Shown: piece after piece, positions 58,836-64,000 of the stretch
Numbering within the stretch: position 1 is the stretch's first letter
Layout of the letters: each line of letters starts with the position of its first letter
Assembly: GCA_043228905.1 (NCBI GenBank)
Contig: JBHGNT010000003.1
Coordinates: 9,734,001-9,798,000 of the forward strand
Source of the DNA: Azolla caroliniana
Taxonomy: Eukaryota > Plantae > Polypodiophyta
Length of the DNA: 64,000 nucleotides
Direction of reading: 5' to 3'
Made by a program: the position numbers and the translations under genes
The notes under the pieces: generated by a model
What the model was told of the DNA's origin: nothing
Database searches by the model: none
What the model saw: the letters and a program-made list of their open reading frames with translations, nothing else

Positions 58836-59364
58836 TATCATCCCATTCATTTCTAGTCTCTTTGAGCATTTCCGGCTTTGATACATCAAGATCATGCAGG
58901 CTTCCAGATTAGAACTTGGATTGGGCTATGGCTCAGGCACAATATGGTAATGCTCATGTGCCCTAAAATTCAAATGTTGAACTTGAAAATTATCTCCTCA
59001 TTAAAACTTGAGCCACGAACAATATATCTATGATTGTAATTAGCTACCCAGATCATGGCACATTAGGAAATGAGGGTTCTTAATCTTTCGTGTGTATATT
59101 GCATGAATTATCCTCGAATAGCAAGTCACAACATCCAAGCAAGCTTTTGTTTTCAATCATTCATTGTCATACATGATTCATTTTTATTTATAATTTATAA
59201 CAAAATACACATTCCTTTCTGTCTGCATCCTCTCTACAAATCGAAAAGACAACAGAAATTGAAATGTTTGAGATGATAAGGAATGATGAATGTGCGGAGA
59301 AAGAGAACAGATTAATCAATATATATATATATATTATGAATTTTCATGTTAATGAATATCTCAT

Positions 59365-59438
59365 GTCCGGATGGTGTAGTCGGTTATCACGCTAGTCTCA
59401 CACACTAGAGGTCTCCAGTTCGAGTCTGGGTTCGGACA
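59365..59438 (+). tRNA. tRNA-Val(CAC), nuclear
   Basis: Full cloverleaf: acceptor GTCCGGA/TTCGGAC, anticodon arm CTAGT-CTCACAC-ACTAG, T-arm TCCAG-TTCGAGT-CTGGG. T6 Pol III terminator at 59459-59464. Confidence 0.95.
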
Positions 59439-62400
59439 GAATGATTTAAGATTAGCCATTTTTTGCTTAAATAATGATATCTTTCTTTATCCTTCACAAC
59501 TCCTTATCTAGATATATACTTCACACTTTATTTGAGATGCCATGAGACATCTACATTTTGATGTATGTATCTATCACATAAGATTTTCACCTATTTTTAC
59601 ATTACCATATATATCTCTTGTCCTTTCATGATAATTAGTTACACACACCATTGTCATAAGGCATGCAATTTCAGACTTCCTTACAATTATTGATATACAT
59701 ATACATATATAGTTTTTGTGAGGCCATTATATAAATACATGTCTAATGTTTGTAACACAAATGCCTACAATGACCACAATGTATATTTGGTCTTTGTAGG
59801 CATTCCCCGGAGAAGGACACTTTTGCTCCTTTCAAGTGAGGAAAACTAAAGTTACTACTACGGTTAAAAGAACTATGGTCAGAAGCAAACAAGAAAGCAT
59901 TGCTAGATATATCTTCGTCTTGTTCTTGGATGTCTTGCTACACAATTGTTGTAAGGGCCATTTCATTTACTTGAGACTATTCTTCTAAGATATAGTCGGT
60001 CTAAGACAATTGTGGGGAAGTTTGGGACTTCCTAGTTGTCGCAAAAATAGTTGTGAACTTGTGAAAATTTGAGCAGAACCAACTAGGACCTAGACTAGGA
60101 AAGATGGCTTTATTGATGGCATGGCTGATGAAGGGTTGCAACATTTTATGTATAGTCTGAGATGAGATATTGCTTCTAACAAACTTTCCCTCAACTTGCA
60201 TGAGTGTAGTTGTAGGTGAGTGCTCTATGTGGGGGGAAATTTTGATGTAATAGAACCTTCTATGTGTAGTGTGGTTTGGATTGGTAGATATGTGATCTGG
60301 AATATGTAAATGTGTATGAGAACTAAGTGAGCATGTCTATATTTACATGATTGTAATATGGTGGAGTATAATGTATATAACTACTTTTGTTGTTTTCTAT
60401 GGATATGGATACCTTGAAATGTGTCTATGGAATAGCTTGCAATTAGTGGATTGTTTTCTCTACTTTTGCCATCCAATATTTTTCTTCTTTGCTTAATTTA
60501 TAAGAAAAAGACTTTTGGTTAGAAAACTCTTTGTTAAATAATTGTGTAAAAGTTAACACAAAAGATTGATTTGCATTGATCATGAAAATTGAAACATAGA
60601 ATTGTGGTTCTAAATTTCTTGAACCATTTGGCTTGACCTTGAAAATCTCCAAATTTCGATTGTTGATAATATAGATTGTCATAAGGCTGACACAAGAGTG
60701 GCTTGACAATTTGTAAGATACATATTCATGGTTTCCCCCCTTTCAATTGGGGTGACCACTTGGCCTAAAGCTGTAGAAATGTTTTTGTTTGATCCCCATT
60801 TTACCTAGTATTATAGTAAGTTTAGTGTCAGATACATTGGTGTTGATGTCTTCATGGTTAGTGCGACGTATTACACGTACTTAGCATCTTGGCCCTCAAC
60901 CTAATGAATGCACACTCTTGGGTGCACAATGTTGTGCCATGACCCACATGGTTGAATTAAAATTAGAATTAGAATTTTTATCGTCCATAAAGAGGCTAGT
61001 TTTGACTTATGGGATCAGAGTATACATGTGTTCTTGATATGTCTCCTTCCTAAGAAGGGGTATTCATACATTGGAGCACAAAGTCTCTATGCGTGAATAA
61101 AGCATACACATATGAGCTCAACCTTCTAGGTAGTGTCTTAAGTATCCATTTCTTCCAATTCATCAATGCATAGACCAAATAGTGTTGGTGAGAGTGGGCA
61201 TCCTTGCTTAACACAAGAGAGAGAGAGAGAGAGAGGGGGGGGGGGGGGGGGGGGGGAATGAGAGGAAGGTCTTTATTTATAGGCTTGAATATAGCTGTTT
61301 TTGGGAGTCGCTCTGCTACGTTTACCAAAGCGCATCACTAAACCTGTCTCACAATGATAGGCCATCAACGATGTGTTTTGTGACGTGAAAATAAATCACT
61401 AATGCCCCCTTTTGTTGTAGTGATAATAGGGAGGATTTTTAATTCATGCTATGGACAAAGAACACGTTTGCGTTCACAAGTGGAAGGATCGCACGTTCTA
61501 CTTGTAGATTCCTTCTGTAATTATCCAAATATACCCTGTCTACAAAAACTGGATGCACCAGTATCACATGTTCAACTACTTGATTAGAATTTGCAAAATT
61601 AATAATACACGATAGGTCTCAACATTTGAAATTCACTCAACTTTGAAATTGTTGATATGTTGATGCGACTTTAATAAAGCTCAAGAATGGCTCAATAAGA
61701 CACTTATTTTAGACATGTCAAACACTCAAATGGAAGTATCTTTGTTTGGTAAGTTTTGCCAAACGTTTAGGTGTAATTGTATTCATGTTAATAAAATGAG
61801 TTATAATTATGAGTTTGACCCATACTCATAATGGTCTGTATAGTCTTACATCTACTTCAACTTGTCCATTATGAAATAGTACATGTCACGATTGGAAGTG
61901 ATATCTATATAATTGTTCTTAAGGTTGACACAAACTAATCCATAAATGAATCATGCAAGATAGTGAACCTTAGGATAATGTTATTGAAATAACAAAGATA
62001 TTTAAACTTTCCATATTTGGGATTAAAGTTGATGCAATCTAATCCTTAGGTGAATCTTGTAGGATTGTACACCGAATGATAATGTTAGTTAAACTGCAAG
62101 GGTATTAAACATGTGGATATTGATGAGAGGTGTTACTCTCGGGTTGTGCAACTAACATGAAACTATAGGTGTGTCCATTATCAACACACTATCCATACTA
62201 AGTAGCAATAGAAGATAAACAAACATAATATGTGGACAATATATTAGACACACTTTGACAGTCTTGACAACCACTCCCAATCATCCACTTTGATAGTCTT
62301 GATAGTTTCCAAATTGACAGTCTCCACACTGTGCTGTGCAATGGGGATAATATGTTGGGTACACTTTGACCCGGAAGATTGTCACTATCAATAAGTCATG

Positions 62401-62637
62401 TTTCTCCAAATTAGATACAACAAAAAATGTTCCAAATCGAGGCTTAGGTTAAGTAAAGTTTCCAATTGTATAGTGTGGCTTTATTTTATTCAAAACATTA
62501 TAAACAAACCAATTGTATAGGAATAAAATTAAAACATATAGAACAATGTAAACAATCGACCACATGAATGATAAAAACCAAAAGTTATATTAGAACGTGG
62601 AATTCATAAGTTTACATTTGATCAAAATTACATTCTA

Positions 62638-64000
62638 TCACATTGCAATCAAGTTATCTACGTCATTATCTTCATTTTCCTTTTGAGGAGTTTCGTCACC
62701 TATTTGTGCATGGACTTCTTCACTAGTTCGCTGAGCAACTATAGGATCTTCTATAAGCTTGTCATCAAGGTCAATTAGCTCCCTAGGTTCTCCAGCTAAT
62801 GGAGGAATAGGCTCTAGGAAGCTGGTTGAAACCGTTCCGTATCAGCGATGTGCTTTGCATCAACCTCCTCGTCTTTGTTTGGGCATTCCCACAAGGACTT
62901 TATCCTCATATTTATAAATATAACCTACTCCTCGTCCTTCTCCAATGCAACAATATTTCGGAAGAGTTTCAAAGCACACGTAGACGTTGCACCTTTAAAG
63001 AAATGGGCAAGAAGACTATGTTAGCCAACCATCAGAATCTATATTGATTATATGAGCAACCTAAACCCGGTTTTAAGGATTCCTGTGCCAGAAAAAAGTT
63101 TAATATCCATTCTCCTTCATTCGAAAACATTTCGATCAAGCGCACCATAAGTTGTTGAGGTTTTTGTTACAGGTTGACAAGTTCCCGTTCTGTGGTGGTA
63201 ACATGTCGCAATTTGCGTGTAGCTGTTGGATATACCAGCAGGTTTGAACCCCCAACTTCATTAGAGTGCTCCTTGGTTCTTTGCTTTTTTATTTCGTCGA
63301 AGTAACCAACTATAATGTACTCAATTACGTTTACAAACCGCAAGGTCAGTCCTCTATTCACATTGGTTTTTATCCTATCAATTACAAGTAGGTGAGTTAA
63401 CAATAGATTCTATAAATTAAGAACAAAAGGGCTATAGATAATCCTTACCATGCAAGGTTCTCGATGCCATGGCAACGAGATCTCAACGGTTGAGCCACTA
63501 AGTACCCGTGGTCCATGTAGTGAAACACAACTATCCTCCACAAGGATGCCATGGTCAGCTCATCGAAATCTTTCACCATTCTTTCTAATAGTTTGAACCA
63601 TAAAGGTTCATTGTTGTAAGATGATCCAGCCATACGAAAGCCGTAAGGTATATTAGCAATCAACAATGTGTAGTCTTTCTTTGGCACTTTCTCGATCATC
63701 TCTGTCACAACCCCACAAATAACATTGTAGTATAGATATCTCGTAATATCTTTCTTGTGGCTAAATGTTATGAAGGCGCCGCCGTCTTCAATCTCGTATG
63801 CCTTGACTATGCGACGATCCTTTTCTTTTTTGATTCTCTCTAGATGTGCAAGTCGGTACTAGAGGTTTCGGCTACCTGTGAAGTCGACCTTGTGTTGTGT
63901 GTTGGGCCGTTGTGAAGGGTTGGCACATCCGAAAAAATTACCCTTCGGACTTTGATCGACTTTTCGGCTGATTGGTGCATGGCTGACTCACTGAACACAA
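62638..64000 (-). pseudogene. Intron-containing beta-class N6-adenine/N4-cytosine DNA methyltransferase (N6_N4_Mtase-like), decayed; 5' part runs off the window. Exons >63860-63449, 63374-63083, 62992-62638
   Basis: Spliced translation YNVICGVVTEMIEKVPKKDYTLLIANIPYG...W|IK...IEYIIVGY...VNL*QKPQQLMVRLIEMFSNEGEWILN(fs)FSGT|GATSTCALKLFRNIVALEKDEE*VIFINMRI. Motif IV precedes motif I, the beta-class order. Confidence 0.82.

Noticed and set aside
59800-60450. Possible copia 3' end with a PPT at about 60230
   Set aside because: Too degraded, with no definable LTR end.
63640-63660. NIPY read as an Erm/KsgA rRNA methyltransferase motif
   Set aside because: In those enzymes motif I precedes motif IV. 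Here motif IV comes first and is followed by QKP and FSGTG, the beta-class DNA MTase order.

Overview
AT-rich, intron-containing land-plant nuclear DNA. It is probably from a fern or another non-seed plant; this is inferred from the style of the PLS-PPR proteins and a fungal-type chromovirus remnant. Host genes: a CPK13-like calcium-dependent protein kinase, a BNR/Asp-box (sialidase-fold) protein, IMP3, two convergent PLS-E PPR genes, an organellar (probably mitochondrial) IF3 with a long disordered tail, and tRNA-Val(CAC). Mobile DNA: a full-length young Ty1/copia element with TSD, PBS and PPT; LINE remnants; a nested Ty3/gypsy fragment with a Tf1-type self-priming PBS; a fold-back MITE; LTR remnants; and several tandem repeats, one built from tRNA-Ile-like units. 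The most notable find is at the right edge (about 62.6-64 kb, minus strand): a decayed gene for a bacterial-type beta-class N6-adenine/N4-cytosine DNA methyltransferase, split by two spliceosomal introns. The ORF track shows it only as fragments. All exon boundaries were read by eye.
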